Assembly: GCA_964016885.1 (NCBI GenBank)
Contig: OZ024740.1
Span: forward strand, 143,344,001 to 143,408,000
Direction: 5' to 3'
Length of the DNA stretch: 64,000 nucleotides
Source of the DNA: Eledone cirrhosa
Lineage: Eukaryota
Positions 12,730 through 26,762 of this stretch are shown piece by piece; within the stretch, counting starts at the first letter, position 1; every line of letters begins with the position of its first letter. The notes beneath the pieces were generated by a model. It worked only from the letters and a program-made list of their open reading frames with translations. It was not told where the DNA came from and ran no database searches. Both the position numbers and the translations under genes were made by a program.

Positions 12730-13400
12730 ATCAGGAGCCCTCCTACTTCTCCTTCGGTGACCATTTCATCCTATCTGCCACAGGGGTCTGACGGTGACAC
12801 GCTCAGACCAGCTGGGTATTGATGACGTCACCAAGATGGGAGTTGACCTGGATTTGAATGTCTGGTATCTGGATGATGCTTGTTTGGGGTGTTCTCCAGA
12901 TAAGATTCATGGAACCGCAAAGACGATTGAGGAACTGAGTTGCAGGGGCTTTCATGTCAACAGTTCCAAATGCGAGCTCTGGTCCCTCAACCACCCAGCT
13001 TCACATCAACAGACTGTTGACCTGTTTACAGAGTCCTTCCCCTCTATCACGGTTCCTCCCTCATCAGCGTGGTGCTCTCTTGGAGCCCTAATTACTGACC
13101 AAACCTTCGAGTCCATCTTTCACTCTAAGTTGGCTAATCTTGAGCAAATTTTAAAAAATCTCGAAGCTTCACCAAAGTTTTTTTATACTTATGAATTACA
13201 TCAATTCCTAAATTGTTGTATTTCATCAGAATTAGCCCCTCTTACAAAATTTCGTCAACTCTCCAATACTTTGATGACTTAATATTCAATGAGCTCAAGG
13301 GCTTGGTCAATGTCTCTCTCCAGAATCCCACAACCAGGCTCCCTTGCCTAAACAGTTTGGAGGTCTGAGAATTGCTATCACTTGATCCTTTTCTTACTCA
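12730..13400 (+). mobile_element. CRE-like RT middle fragment
   Basis: DLDLNVWYLDDACLG, GFHVNSSKCEL, LGALI and a decayed SLP...GGL motif. Confidence 0.75.
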
Positions 13401-13779
13401 TGTCTGCGATGAACATGACTTATATTCCTTTCTGCATATACTGTAATGAAACAAAAAACGTTTTTCAGCTATGGCTAGCCACAATGTTCATGCAACACAC
13501 ATGAAAGTTGTTTAGATGAAGCAATGCCTGTGCTTGAAGCTTTTTTAAGAAAGACCTTGCACTGGGCCAATCCCACTCTGAACAACTGTGATAGGTATCC
13601 AGAAACAAGAACAGGTCAACATCATTGGCTGCCATTGAGTCACAGGTTTTACATCAGTTTTCCTTCTAGAATGATGTCCTAACAAGGCCTAAGGGTCTCA
13701 CACTTCCGGTGGGCTAAACACACACTCAGGCACCAAACCGAGTACTCAAAGTACCTGCATATATATTATATTATGTATA

Positions 13780-15053
13780 TATAAGAGAGTGTTGTAGTTT
13801 GGTTGAAGCATTGTCTGTAGTGTTATTTGAAGGCTATGACAATGCAAAATGAATGATAAATTTTTAAAATGAAAGCAAAGAAGATTTTTGTGTTACCTGG
13901 TAGTTTATTTATCAGTCTTTATATTTCAGGATTAAAAAAACAAACTAGTTCAGAGCTGTACATTTTGTTTGTTATAGAATCGCCATCTTACTTTCTTTGT
14001 TTGGAAACGATGGTTTATTTATAACTGCCAGAAATGGTGGAAGATTGGCATTATATGTGGACTACTATATGTGTGTACATTTTTATGTCAAATATAGGTT
14101 TCCTCGTAGTGAAGGGCTGGAGAGAGCTAACTGTGTATCTAGTCCCTCCTTGCAGATCACCATGGTTATTTTTTTGCTGAAGTGTAGTAACTTCAGAAAG
14201 CAGGTGTTGGAGGAGGTCTTACATTTCCAGCATTTTGGACCCCGAAGACGACTTTTGATGAATGTTGGATATTCATTGGTCTCTAGGAAGTGTGCGGTGT
14301 AGGGGACCTGGTCCTCTGCCTTGCTGCATTTTTTTCCAGGAATGTGTGAATTTATTCTTTATGTATCAGGTTTTAGCACCAATGAGCAAACAGGTCTCTG
14401 CAATTGGTTTTTCTGTAGAAGTTATGGATGTCACCTTCTGTTATCCTGAGTTGGTAGTCAAGTAGAGACAGGGATCCAGGGCAGTTATGGTTTTCTACGC
14501 TGAACTACATGTTATCATCCTTGTTTATGAACATGGTAGATATTCCATTGGCCTCTTCATCAGAGAATGTGAGTAAGAGTACGTCATCTATGTATCTAGT
14601 GAAGAAGGTACAGGAGCGACAGGTGTTGAACGTTTGATGTTCTAGCTGGTCATGTAGGTGATGGCTAATAGGCCTGAAAGATTGGATCCCATGGGTAGAC
14701 TTGTTTGTTTGTAGGTGTGGTGATGAAAGGTGAAGTATGTGTTTTCTACAATACTGATAGGAGGTGGTGAGGCCAAAGTTGTATAGGTCGGAAGAAATGA
14801 TGCAATCAGTCACAAGGTTGACCACTGGGTGAGTGGGTACTGATGTGTAGGAGACAACATTGAGGCTAAAGGTGTATCTGTTAAGTTTAAGTTGACCTGT
14901 ATTTGTTAGGAAGTTGTCTTTGCCTACAGATATCAGCCTAGACTCTGTTAATGTGGTCTTCAATTTGGGTTGATGTTGTCTATTATTTCCGAAATAATCC
15001 ATTGTTGCTGTGGTATTCAAATACCAGCTTGTTGTAGATGTCACAAGTGACAA
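13780..15053 (-). mobile_element. Penelope-like RT remnant
   Basis: The minus-strand ORF contains FFTRYIDDVLL, preceded by a decayed G..MG motif. Heavily degraded. Confidence 0.6.
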
Positions 15054-15349
15054 TGCAAAATTCTTTCCCTTAAATCACAAATTAAGGTACAAAGCAACGT
15101 ATATATACAAAAATTATGTGTCAGTGTATAAACAGAAACTAAGTACATTTCATAATTTCTTTGTTTGTTTTTTGTTTTTTTTATTTTCAACATATAGATA
15201 CAATAGAAAATAACTTTCTTCCTGTTTCCACCATTCATCTATGGTTCTTGTGATGTTTTGTGTTCTTCAGATTCACTTGTACAAGATATGTAATTCCTGT
15301 CATTTTCTCTGCTGAAAGATGGGGCAAACAATGCATGCAAAGACAAGGT

Positions 15350-16040
15350 GAACTCTCTAACTGTTAGAATATTTTATATGAATAGACTACACAAAGTTGT
15401 GACAAAGTTCTTTGACATGTCTACTACTGCTGGTCCTGATTGTGGCAAAGCAGAAATAATATATTAAAAATTTCAAGATACCATGGGTCAACTGTGTTGG
15501 CTTGGGGGTAGACAATTGCTGCATAAACATGGGACAACCTAATTTAGTCATGTCTAGAATTCACAATATAAACAGTGCTTGATTTTTATTAAGATACCCT
15601 TGTCATCTCATACATGACATTGCTTCCTTTCAGTCAAATTTAAAGATGTATGTGGTTTTTGACTTTTGCATTGATCTATTTTACTTTTTGGATAAGAGTA
15701 CAAAATGAAAGGAGGAGTTAGAAGAGTTTTGTTGCTTTTACGATAGAGAATATAGGGAAATTTTAAAGAATGTCAACAAGGTGGTTAAGCCTAGAAATGG
15801 CAATTAATTGGGTTCTACTTTTTGATGCACTGCAGTTTTTTTCATATCCTGTGATAAGCATCTCAACTTTATATGTTTGAAAGCACCCCTTCTAAACTCT
15901 CATGTTAAAAATATATTTACTATTCTATCAGGTTGTTCTGCCATCTTTCACCAATTTTAATAAAGACCTTTCCATTCACCTGCTAGACTGAATTACATTC
16001 TTTTTTGCTAGAAACTTTTAAGTAAATTTATAAAGTCGAA
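15350..16040 (+). mobile_element. hAT-type transposase remnant
   Basis: Piecewise translation VVTKFFDM, WVNCVG.GVDN, PCHLIH, IDLFYFLDKSTK*K, EEFCCFYDREYREILK, RWLSLE. Confidence 0.7.
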
Positions 16041-16856
16041 AGCTATCTATCTATATATATAAAACTGAGGATGTGTGTGTGTATGTGCATACCCACATAA
16101 CTTCCACAGTTTGCAACCGACTTTCTTCAAATTTGGAACAAACATGCATTATGTTCCCAGGAGTGTTTTGGACTCATAAAATTTCAAGTTTTTGTCTAAT
16201 GTGGCCCCTAGATAAATATTAGTTGGTTGCATGAAAACTACACACATACATATACATCTAAAGAGAGAGAGAGAGAGTGAGATAGGCCGTTATACAGAGA
16301 GAGATAAAGATATTCAGATAGAGAGAGAGAATGGCGACGAACACTGGTTTACACACGCACACACATATAAAGAGAGAGATATCTGTGCGTTCTTGATTGT
16401 TCTTCATTCTGTAGAGAAAGAGAGAGAGGGGTTCAGAAAGAAAGAAAGATTGTAGGGGGTTGGGGAGGGAAGAAAATGATAGCAGCGTTCAATAACTTTA
16501 ACTTTTATTTATTTATTTATTCTTTAGAAACTAAAAAAAAAGAATCAATCTGTGGACACAGAAGTAAATATTTTTTTAAATGTTACAACCGAAGGAAACC
16601 AGGAAGATAATACTTTCGTTCGTGAAGATGTTCCCTGGCAATAAATGGGAAAAAAGCGAGTATAATTATGTCGTTGTGTGGGGTGATGAGAACAATGTCT
16701 TGCAAAGACAAAAACACGTTTATGGTTTAAATGGAGACGTTAGACTTATATTCTATTTAGAATAACTGGATGATTCTCGGCTCCAGAGTTTAAGAATAAT
16801 GTAAATAAAGTTGTTAAACGGAAATGACAGAGGCTATTAAAATAGTAAAAGTAAAT

Positions 16857-17045
16857 AATTGTTTTTACTTTTTGGCACAAAGCCAGAAATTATTCCAGTG
16901 TATACTGGTACTTTATTTTATCGACCCCGTAAGGATGAAAGGCAAAGTTAACCTCAGCGGGATTTGAACTCAGACCATAAAGAGCCGTAACCCTTTGCTG
17001 CAAAGCATGGCGTCAGGCTCTTTACCGATACTGCCAATCTTCCGA
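16857..17045 (-). mobile_element. SINE family A copy
   Basis: Reverse complement of the 1339-1451 body plus the tRNA-like head. Confidence 0.85.
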
Positions 17046-17649
17046 TTTAGGCCAGTGCATAAATATGCGCTGACGCATACATACGCATCATACATAGATA
17101 TATGCACACACAAATATACTTATATGAGCAGCCAGTTTGAACAGAAAAAGATGAGAGAATTCTGGTCAGATATGGCTGGTTTATGCTAGTGTGGAAGATA
17201 GACGTTAAACGATGATGATGATGATGATATATATATAATATACTTACATATACACACATATATACATGCACACATACACATATACAGATACACACATACA
17301 TATACCTACATGTATAGGCCTAAAAACATATATATATATACACACATACACAAATTCACATATGTACATACATACATATGCATATATACATATAACACAT
17401 ACACATACATATATATATATACATGCATATATACACATATTCATATACATACATACACATGACTGCTATTTAATACCCTCTGCTAGTTTTAAGTAGAATA
17501 TCTTGTTTGAAAGAAGACTATGTAAAAAAATAAAGAAAATCATATGAGCTGTATGGATGTCTTTATTGGAATTATAACTCTCCTAAAACACAGAGTGAGT
17601 TTCTAGAGAATGCATCTCTTGTTTTCTGACACTTCCATATATATAGGTG

Positions 17650-18725
17650 AGCTATGAGGCCCTCTTACCAGCACTTTCCCTTCCACCCACACACGTCAGC
17701 CACCCACCCCTGATGCCGCTTGGTGCCCCACACCCCATCCCCCATCCCTCCAAGCTGACACCTGCTGCACTTGCAGCACCACTAACAAACGAAAGAGGGG
17801 CCGGAACTGTTTGGGGTGCGGCTGCTTCCACCACCTCACCTGTGTTGGCTTGACTCGTCGAACTTCCAATGCCCTCGCAGCGTGGAGGTGCAGGAGCTGC
17901 CCTTCCCCACGACTTCCCAGCCACGGCCGTCTGGCACACCACCACATGGGACATGGAGCTTGCCTGACGCCCGAGCCTCGCTGGTCAACTTCGCTCGGCT
18001 CAGGCGGTTCCGGAAGATCACACTCAGGATCCCGAGAGCGGCACAGGTGCCGGTAGCTGATGCCCTCGCTTCCTCAATTGAGAGCGCCCTGGACTCCAAT
18101 CGAGCCAGTGACTGGGAGCGGCTGTTCTATTTCACCCCACTTGCCTTCGGCCTCCCCAGCTCTGGCGCTGAATGGGGCGGCCGGTCAACAGCAGCCTTCG
18201 TCAAGGCAATATCAAACACCCTGGGCCACCCACTGATCTCAGACCCATACCCCCACCCGACTCCCACTTGCTCCTTGTGGCTTCTGATGCAGGCATCAGG
18301 TCCTTCCCAGCTAGCAGCTGTGGAAGTGAGGATGGTCTCCGACCAGGCCACCTCAAGGAGTTCACATCCCCCCTCTCCGCTGAGGCCGGGTGCCGCCTTC
18401 TGAGTGCAATTGTGGCGCTCACCAATAGGCTCATCCATGGTGCCCTGGACTCTTACGCCCGAGGCCTCTTTTTTGGGGCCAGCCTCACCGCTCTCAGGAA
18501 GAAAGAGGGTGGCATACGCCCCATTGCTGTGGGCAATGTCTTCCGGAGGCTGGCTGCCAAGGTGATCTGCAAGTCCGTAACACACAAACTGGGTGTCGGC
18601 ATGTCCGGTGGCTGTGAGGGGGCCGCTCATGCAACCAGGCAGTTCTTCAACAGCTGCCGCTTGGAACCGGCATCCAGGGACTCCAGGCACCTCATTGTCA
18701 AGCTTGACATGAGGAGAATCTTTGC
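17650..18725 (+). mobile_element. CRE-like non-LTR element 5' part (PHD-like finger + RT N-terminus)
   Basis: GC-rich. CGCFHHLTCVGL...WRCRSC, GGIRPIAVGNVFRRLAAK, LGVG.SGGCEGAAHA, VKLDM. Frameshifted. Confidence 0.8.
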
Positions 18726-20279
18726 CGTTGAATGATGATTTTTTGAGTTGTACAGGTTTTACTTGTAAAGTATACTTTGTTTGAAGTTTTACATGATAAA
18801 AATATAGGTTGATGCTGAAGTAGTTGTGTTTTTTGTTGTTTTCTTAATGTTATATATACATATCACAATGTCCACAATAGCTTATACAGCAAACTATTTC
18901 TCACATAATCCATATCCATAATTCTAAAGTTTAAAAAGCTAGAATAAAAAGGTGCATTATATATGAATACATACAGTAATGTACAAAAGTAGCTAAAAAG
19001 TATAAAACACTTATTATTATGCTAATTGTTTTTCAGCATTTCTGCTAACCTTTTCAAGCATTTACTACCAATTTTTAGCATGCCTGAAAGGTTTTTTCCA
19101 GCATTTTCATTCAAGCTGGTTGACATCTTATGTATGTGTGTGTGTGTTCTGAATGATTTATTATTAAGGATAAATTCCAACACTGTTTTAGAAAGGTGTT
19201 ATAATTAAATGCAGTCTTGTCAAAAATCATGTCACAGGATTTCCTATAAATAGCTTCAACACTGTGATCATTTCGGTACAGTATACCCCAAAAGATTCCA
19301 TGTTGTTTGTGCAAACCCCAGTATCAGGGTTTACGAAATAATGCAAATGGTTAACCGTTTCAAAGATCAGCCATGTTTACCTGTGAGTGTCCAAGCTATA
19401 ATTATCTGGCCAACTTTGGTTATGTAGCAAAATTATCCAGATGAGAGTTTAGAGTCTTCACTGTTTTGTCAGGTTTGTTATATTGGCCTATCAGAACATA
19501 GTACCCTGTAAGCAATTTTTTGGCTATTTAAGAGAATGCACAGCTGCCTTGCCACCTTTCCCTTCACTTGTATCCATGAGGAAGCTATCTCTTGCTTAAT
19601 TTCTCCTTCAACAGAATAACTTTTACTGGTTCGAAAACATGTGACAAAGGGAAAGGAAGAGAGCCACCCACCCATGGGTTCACTTCTCTGAAGCACAAGC
19701 CTCAGCAGGGGGTTTTGTAGAAGACCAGCAGTTACCCATGCATGCAAGTCTACCCTCTATATGATACCAATGTTGTCAAAGGCAGAGGCTGGTTACAGCT
19801 TGACACTAGTGTTGTCATTTTTCCAGCTAAGTTAACTGGGGCAACATAAAATAAAATGCCTTGTTTGAGGACACTATGCTGTCTGGTTCAGGAATTGAAC
19901 TAATCCACATTCTTCACAAGTTTTAGAAGCGTGTGATAACAAGTCAACTAAACACGGCAAATCTTACTGCCGAATTGTTGATTTGAGAAATGTAATGTGT
20001 TCAGTTCATTTTCATGTCGTCTCTACATGTTTCTTGGTCCATTTACCTATCAGTATTTAAACTGTTATTAATCTGTTATATGTTTGTATCACTTAGAATA
20101 TAATCTTTTCAATATTATCGATAAATCTGTCGGACCCTCAAAAATAATCTTCTCGTATTTAAACTCCTATTATTTGTTATACGCTCGTTTAACTTTTCAA
20201 TAATAAATTTGAATCTGTCAGACCTTTATAAAAATAATCTTCTCGTAAACTTTCCCATTTCTCCCCCCCCCCCCCTTCT

Positions 20280-23142
20280 TTGACAATGTCAAAGATAAAG
20301 ATAAATTCACCTCCTGTTGTCGGGCGAGAATGCAAGAACTCCTCTTTATTTCAGGCACGGATGGCCAAAATAATCCCATCTCCCACACCCCTTCCTGTGC
20401 CTCCAACCTATCCCTTCCACCCACCCAACGAAATCCAAAACTTCAGAGTTGGTACCATGAATGTAGGCACTTTGAAAGTTTGCTCTAACGAGGTTGTAGA
20501 GATGCTTGAACGTAAGGAAGTTGATGTTTGTTGTGTTCAAGGACTAGATTCATTGTGGGTAAAAAACGATGCTATAAACTTTTCTGGGTGGGGTGGTGTA
20601 GGAATTATGTTAGCAGAAAAATGGGTAGATAAGGTAATGCCGTAAATAGAGTGAACGACAGAATAATTAAAATAAGACTAGTCCTAAATAGAAGTACTGT
20701 GACAATAATATCTGCTTATGCATCCCAATCTGGCCTACCTGATGTTATAAAAGACAGATTCTATGAGTCGCTAATGCTCACTACCTCCCAAATAACCGAC
20801 AGTGACTACATAATTATTGGTGGTGACCTTAATGGTCATGTTGGACAACATTGTGATGGCTATGACGGAATCGATGGAGGCTATGGGTTTGGTACTAGAA
20901 ATGAGGACGGCTTCAGAATCCTGGAATTCTGTGACGCTAATAACCTAACTATCTGTAACACAAACTTCAAAAAACGAGACAATCACTTGATCACTTATAG
21001 ATCAGGGGAACACACCAGTCAGATAGATTATATCCTTACTAGAAGACGTGACAGAGTGTCTGTTGTAAATACTAAATCCCTCCCCCGTGAAGAATGCACC
21101 TCCCAAGTGCACCGCCTCATAGTTAGCAACCTCATACCCAAGACTAGACATACTCGACAACAGAGGAGAAGAATATGGAAGTTGAAGGACCCCACAGCCT
21201 GTAACAAATTTAAAAGTATATTACTTGATGCTTTTGACAGTAAGAAAGAGCAATTAGAGACGTACAGCATCTGGAATGGTGGGACACACTATGGTCACCT
21301 GGATAGTAAACCAAGTAATACAGAATGGAATCATACCAAATGACTGGCGTAGCAGCATCATCATTAACTGCTACAAGGGTAAAGGAGATGCTCTAGATAG
21401 GGGAAATTATAGAGGCATTAAGTTAGTTGACCAGGTCATGAAGGTCACAGAAAGAGTTATAGTGCAACTAATCAGAGAGCGAATTGATCTAGATGAAATG
21501 CAGTTTGGGTTTGTGTCAGGTAAAAGTACCACACACTCTTTTCATTGTACGACAACTACAGGAGAAGTACCTAGATAAAAGTAAACCCCTCTACTTAGCT
21601 TTTATTGACTTGGAGAAAGCCTTTGACAGAGTCTCCCCACCCCCCTTCATTATCTGGTGGACTCTTAGAAAACTTGGTGTTGATGAATGGCTTGTGATAG
21701 CTATACAAGCCATGTATAGAGGAACAGTCAGCAAGGTTAGAATTAACAATAAATATAGTGAAGAATTTAGCATCAAAGTTGGTGTTCATCAAGGCTCTGT
21801 CCTTAGCCCCCTCTTATTTATTATTGCCCTTCAAGCTATAACAGAGGAGTTCAAGACCGGCTGCCCATGGGAACTTCTATATGCAGATGATCTAACTCTC
21901 ATAGCTGAATCGATGGCTGAACTAGAGAAGAAATTCCAAACATGAAAGCATGGCCTAGAATCAAAAGGCCTTAAAGTTAACTTGTCTAAGACTAAAGTTC
22001 TAGTATGTAGAAAGGAAAATAGGGCACAGGTGCCCTCTGGGAAATGGCCATGCTCAGTGTGTAGGAAAGGAGAAGGCAGAAATTCCATTTTATGTCCCAA
22101 ATGCAAACTATGGGTACATAAAAGATGTAGTGGGATCACAGGTAAATTATCTAAGAACGTAGATTTTATATGTGGTCGATGCTCAGGTTCAATAAGTAGC
22201 AAGTGCCCACAGGATACTAGCTCCTTCTATTGCCCAGATGGTTCTATAGAAATAGTGGACACTTTCCGTTGCCTGGGTGACAAAATCAGCAGTGGTGGAG
22301 GGTGCTCTGAAAGTACAGTAGCCAGAGTCAGAACGGGATGGAAAAAGTTCAGAGAGCTTATACCATTATTGGCCACTAAAGGTTTCTCTCTAAAAATGAA
22401 AGGTAGATTGTAAGATGCCTGTATACAAACAGCAATGTCTAATAGTAATATACGCGAATGGCAAAAGATAAATGAACTAAGTGAGAAATTAGGAATAAGA
22501 GGGATCAGATGCTGTTTACTTCAGAGAAGACTATGTTGGTATGGTCACGTGATGCACATGAAAGACGACAGCTGTATAAAAAAGTGCAGGGCGATCAAAA
22601 TTGATGGAAGTTACAGAGTAGGTAGACCCAGAAAAACCTGGGATGATTTGATAAATTCCGACCTTACACACTTACACCTCTCTAAGACAATGTTACTGGA
22701 CCGAGATCTTTGTGCATAGTGAAACCTTCAGTCAGTAGGCACCGCTTAACCAACGCCTTGCCTATGTGCATAGTGAAACCTACAGTCAGTAGGCACCGCT
22801 TAACCAAATATACACCCCATCCTACTACCCCCGACTCCACCCTCCCACTCCCGCCAACACCACCCTTTCCCTGTAAAGTTATGTTGGTACCACAACATCC
22901 ACTCCAAAATAAATGAGGTTGTGTAGGTCTCATGATAAAAAAACACAGTCCACGCTGTAAGGTGGCCGTGTAGGTAACACAGTAAAAAGCTCCCAGTCCA
23001 CACTGTAAATGTGGTTGGTGTTAGGAAGGGCATCCAGCCATAGCAAACCTGCCAGCCAGTCCTATACGAGCAAGACACGGTCACCCGACCGTCTAAACCC
23101 ATGCTAGCGTGGAAGATAGACATTAAACAATGATGATGATGA
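20280..23142 (+). mobile_element. RTE-clade LINE, decayed, near full span with internal deletions
   Basis: APE, NYRGIKL, FIDLEKAFDRV, GVHQGSVLSP, LLYADDL, KWPCSVC...CKLWVHKRC finger, 3' UTR and (atg)n tail. Same family as 2330-4331. Confidence 0.93.
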
Positions 23143-23538
23143 CATTTCTTGTATTCAAAGACAAACAGAAGAGTAAAGACTTCTGGTTATGAATATCAGA
23201 AAGAGTAAAGAACTTAGAGAAATTAATGGATGTTCATTGATTTCATCTGTCCAGTAAAATCGGCTGCAATAATATACAAACGGTGTAAAATATAAACTTC
23301 AGGTATCAACATTTACATATGACTCATTTTTATTTGAGTATTGACAATAAATCATCATCATCATTTAATGTCTATTTTCCATGCTAACATGGGTTAGACG
23401 AGTTGTCCCATTTGAAGCAAGTCAGGTAAGATGTTACAGTGTTTCTCTCATTGATAATTCGACAATCACAAAAATAATGTTTAAAAAAAAATCTTGTATT
23501 TTGAACTAAAATATTTTGCTTTTTCATTTTTTCAGATA

Positions 23539-23578
23539 ATGAAGATTCTACCACTACTCTATTTGCTGGCAATGACTT
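23539..23578 (+). CDS. Ig-like surface protein, coding exon 1 (signal peptide MKILPLLYLLAMT)
   Basis: Strong acceptor ttttcattttttcag (ends 23535), ATG at 23539, canonical donor gtaagt at 23579, phase 1. Confidence 0.75.
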
Positions 23579-23770
23579 GTAAGTGATTTATCACCATCAC
23601 CATCAACATCATCATCACCGTTTTACATCTGCTTTTCTATGCTTGCATGGGTTGGAAGTGTCTTTTCTAGCACAACCTCCTTCTACTCATTGTGGTACTT
23701 CGTCATCTCTGGTACCTTCAGCAATTTCAGATGAGCACTCAAAACCTCTGCCCTGATCTGCCTTGGACGC

Positions 23771-24940
23771 TTAATGCAGCTTTCTTCCACTGGCATTTGT
23801 GCATCCAAACGGAAGACGGGTAAATTCGTATATTCGGCCACAGGCTTCGAATGCAGTCAACTTAAAGTCGGAAGATTTGATGGGTATTTGGTGATAAGCT
23901 GCCTTTAGATCTATTTTCGAGAAATATTTGTGTTTTGAAATTTTGTTGAGTAGGTCTTCGATTATGGCTTTAGGGTATGAATCTAATGGTGTGTAACGAT
24001 TTATAGTGCCTGAGTAGTCTATGACAAGCCTTTTTTTGTTTTCTTGATCTATTACGAAACACTGCGCTCTCCATGGGCTTCTGCTCTGTTGAATTATTCC
24101 AGCTTTAAGCATTCTGTCGATTTCCGTTTTAATGAATTGCTGATCTTTATTGTATTTTCGAGGAGGTATAGATAATGGTTTTAATTTTGTAGTATCGATT
24201 CCAGGCATTAAATCATATTCTTCACAATTCAGAGTTTGCATTGACATACATATCGTGACTGCTCTCATGTCCCCTGCATATTTTATTGTTAAAGACTTAT
24301 GCCTTTTAAGTATATCAAGAGCCATAACTACTGGAGCAAAGAGTTTGTCAACCACCATTAGATCGATGTGGTATTCTCGGCCCTCCCATTCTAATGTTGT
24401 TTCAAATGTACCTCGTATTATGAGTTTACTGTTGTCGGCTAAAATTACACTCTTATTCTTAGTTTTCTTGAATTTACTTTGCCATTTCGACAAGTGGTTC
24501 ATGTCAATGAAAGACTTGTCTGAGCCTGTGTCAAGTAAACCTTCTGTTTTATGTGAATTGACATAAATTGTTAAAAAGTTTGTATTATGATTCACGGAAG
24601 CAAGTTTATAGCAGGCAGCAAGATTACTGCCATCATTGGAGCCCTCGTTATTATTCAAGACTGCTGCGTGTTTTATCTTCTTTACTACCTTCTTATTTTT
24701 AACAAAACATACTGTTGCCCAGTGGCCTTTCTTGTGGCAGAAATTGCAAGTTGAATTTTTTGCAGGGCACTCTGATTTTTGGTGATATGTACCACCACAC
24801 CAGAAACATTTTAATGAAGAAGCAGCGAATACGGGTTGTGACGGCGGTTGTATTGTTGTTGTTGACAGATTTTGTGCGTCTTCTATTGCCAGTTCTAATG
24901 TGAGAGCAGTTTGGAATGTTTTATCTAGATTTTTGAAACT
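23771..24940 (-). mobile_element. Gypsy LTR retrotransposon fragment (gag CCHC, protease, RT N-half)
   Basis: CFWCGG and CNFCHKKGHWATVC knuckles, LLDTGS protease, SRSPW, RLVIDY, FSKIDLKAAYHQI, RLPFG. Truncated, and nested between RTE fragments. Confidence 0.9.
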
Positions 24941-25470
24941 CCTACCTGTATCTTGAATACATCACTAAACTCATTACCTGCTCTCATTTTACTGACAGCA
25001 CCTTTGTACATAGCTTGCATGGCTCTCATGACCCACTCATCTACACCCAGCTTCCTTAAGGACCACCAGATAACAGATCAATGTATAATTCTCTCTACAA
25101 GTATTAAATGTGTTATTATTCTAACAAAAGTAGAAATCCAGTTTTTCTTATCTGTAATTCAGCAACAAGCCTTTTAAGACCATTTTCCTTGCTATATTAA
25201 GGGTTATCCCTTCATGGCATCCTTTTTGAGGCAATATTTTACAGCCACATTCCCTTCCTGTTGAAACCTCTTTTAGTCACCTCTTACAACACACATGGTT
25301 ATGTAAAATCTGAAAATATATTTTCATCTTTTATAGATATATCAATGGTCAATGCAGAGCTTAACATTGAAGCAAATGGTAATTGTATTATAAAAATCTT
25401 TGATTTTAAAACCAGATGCTATCTTTTCTACTCTGCTTTCTGCTTCTTTCTCATAGTTAATAATCTTTAG

Positions 25471-25527
25471 TCACTAAATATATTTCCTCCTTTGAATGGG
25501 CAAAATTTCATCTTCAGAGCCCAAAAG
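25471..25527 (+). CDS. Ig-like surface protein, putative exon 2 (F-TKYISSFEWAKFHLQSPK); donor non-canonical or mutated
   Basis: Acceptor taatctttag. Open in phase 1, completes the signal peptide and supplies an Ig A-strand. An intervening exon is required because exon 1 joined to exon 3 gives T+GA. No GT at the expected end (g|acaata or a|ataatg). Confidence 0.5.
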
Positions 25528-26762
25528 ACAATAATGATTATAAATATGATTGTGATTATAATATTGATTGTAGTAATACAAACTGTTATCTTAAAATATC
25601 AATTTGACAAAACTGTAGAAAGTAACTAAAGACTATTTAGTAAAAACAAATGTATATATATATATATATATCAGCAGCAGCAGCAGCACTTAACATCTAT
25701 TTTCCCTACTTTTGAGGATTGAATAGGTCGTTATAGAATAAGTCAGTACTTAATTGAAGCCAATAGCCTCTCAACAAGTCAGGTATCACATCTCACTTAC
25801 ATACATTCCTGAAATGTACATGTTGTAACAGATGCATTTTATCATGGCACCAGCTCTAGAGGGGTTTTTGTACCCTTGATAAAACTGAAGAGGCTTCACA
25901 ACTCTTTGTTGGCCCAGTTTTCTATGACTGAATACCCTTCCTATCACCAACCACCTTATAGAATGTACTGGCTGGTTTTCTCATGTTGCCAACACTAGAG
26001 AGGTTATCATGCCCTTAACACAACTGAAGCGTCCTCTTGACCCTTTTTTGGTGTGGTTTTTCCAGCTGGACGCCTCTCCTATCACTAACCACCTTACAAA
26101 GTGTACTGACTGCATCTTTTGTGGCACCAGCACTAGGGCAGTAGTCACGGTGTAGTCCTACAGATGGAAGCTCTTCCTAACACTAACCACTTTGATGGGG
26201 GAGGTATGAAGGATGATGTATATATGTGCACACACATACATATTACATATATGAATACATGTTCAGAATTCTGTACATTTTTGGAGACACTTGTGATCTG
26301 TACATAAGTTGGTATAACATGTGAGTAATGTAGCATGTCATCAGGGTCATGGTCCTTGAAAGACTTTCAGTTGTCTCCAATGGTAACATGACACAAGATG
26401 ATTAAAACTTAAGGATCTGCTGCAATATCTTCCGTCTTCTTCGTCATTATGTGAGTTAATTTAACACCTGCTTTATCACTATTGAAGATTGAAGACAATG
26501 AAACGCATTTAGTCTGAATCCTCACCCTCAACTTTGCAATCTTTAAAGACCCTACTAGGAGGACAAACCTTCTGATGACATCACTGTCAAGGTCTGATGA
26601 ACATGCAAGCTTCTCCACCACATCATAGTAGATCTCTCATTCAATTTCTCATTAGTTCTGATAATCTTTATTATATATTTTTACTTTTAATTTCCATTAT
26701 AAATATATCAAAGCTGATAAAAACTTAAACTTAAATCAATAAATTTAATATATCTATTTCAG

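Noticed and set aside
15271-15347. Exon-like segment (ttcttcag...aag|gtgaac)
   Set aside because: It sits at the edge of a hAT remnant with no convincing coding link to the Ig-like gene. A UTR role cannot be excluded but is unsupported.
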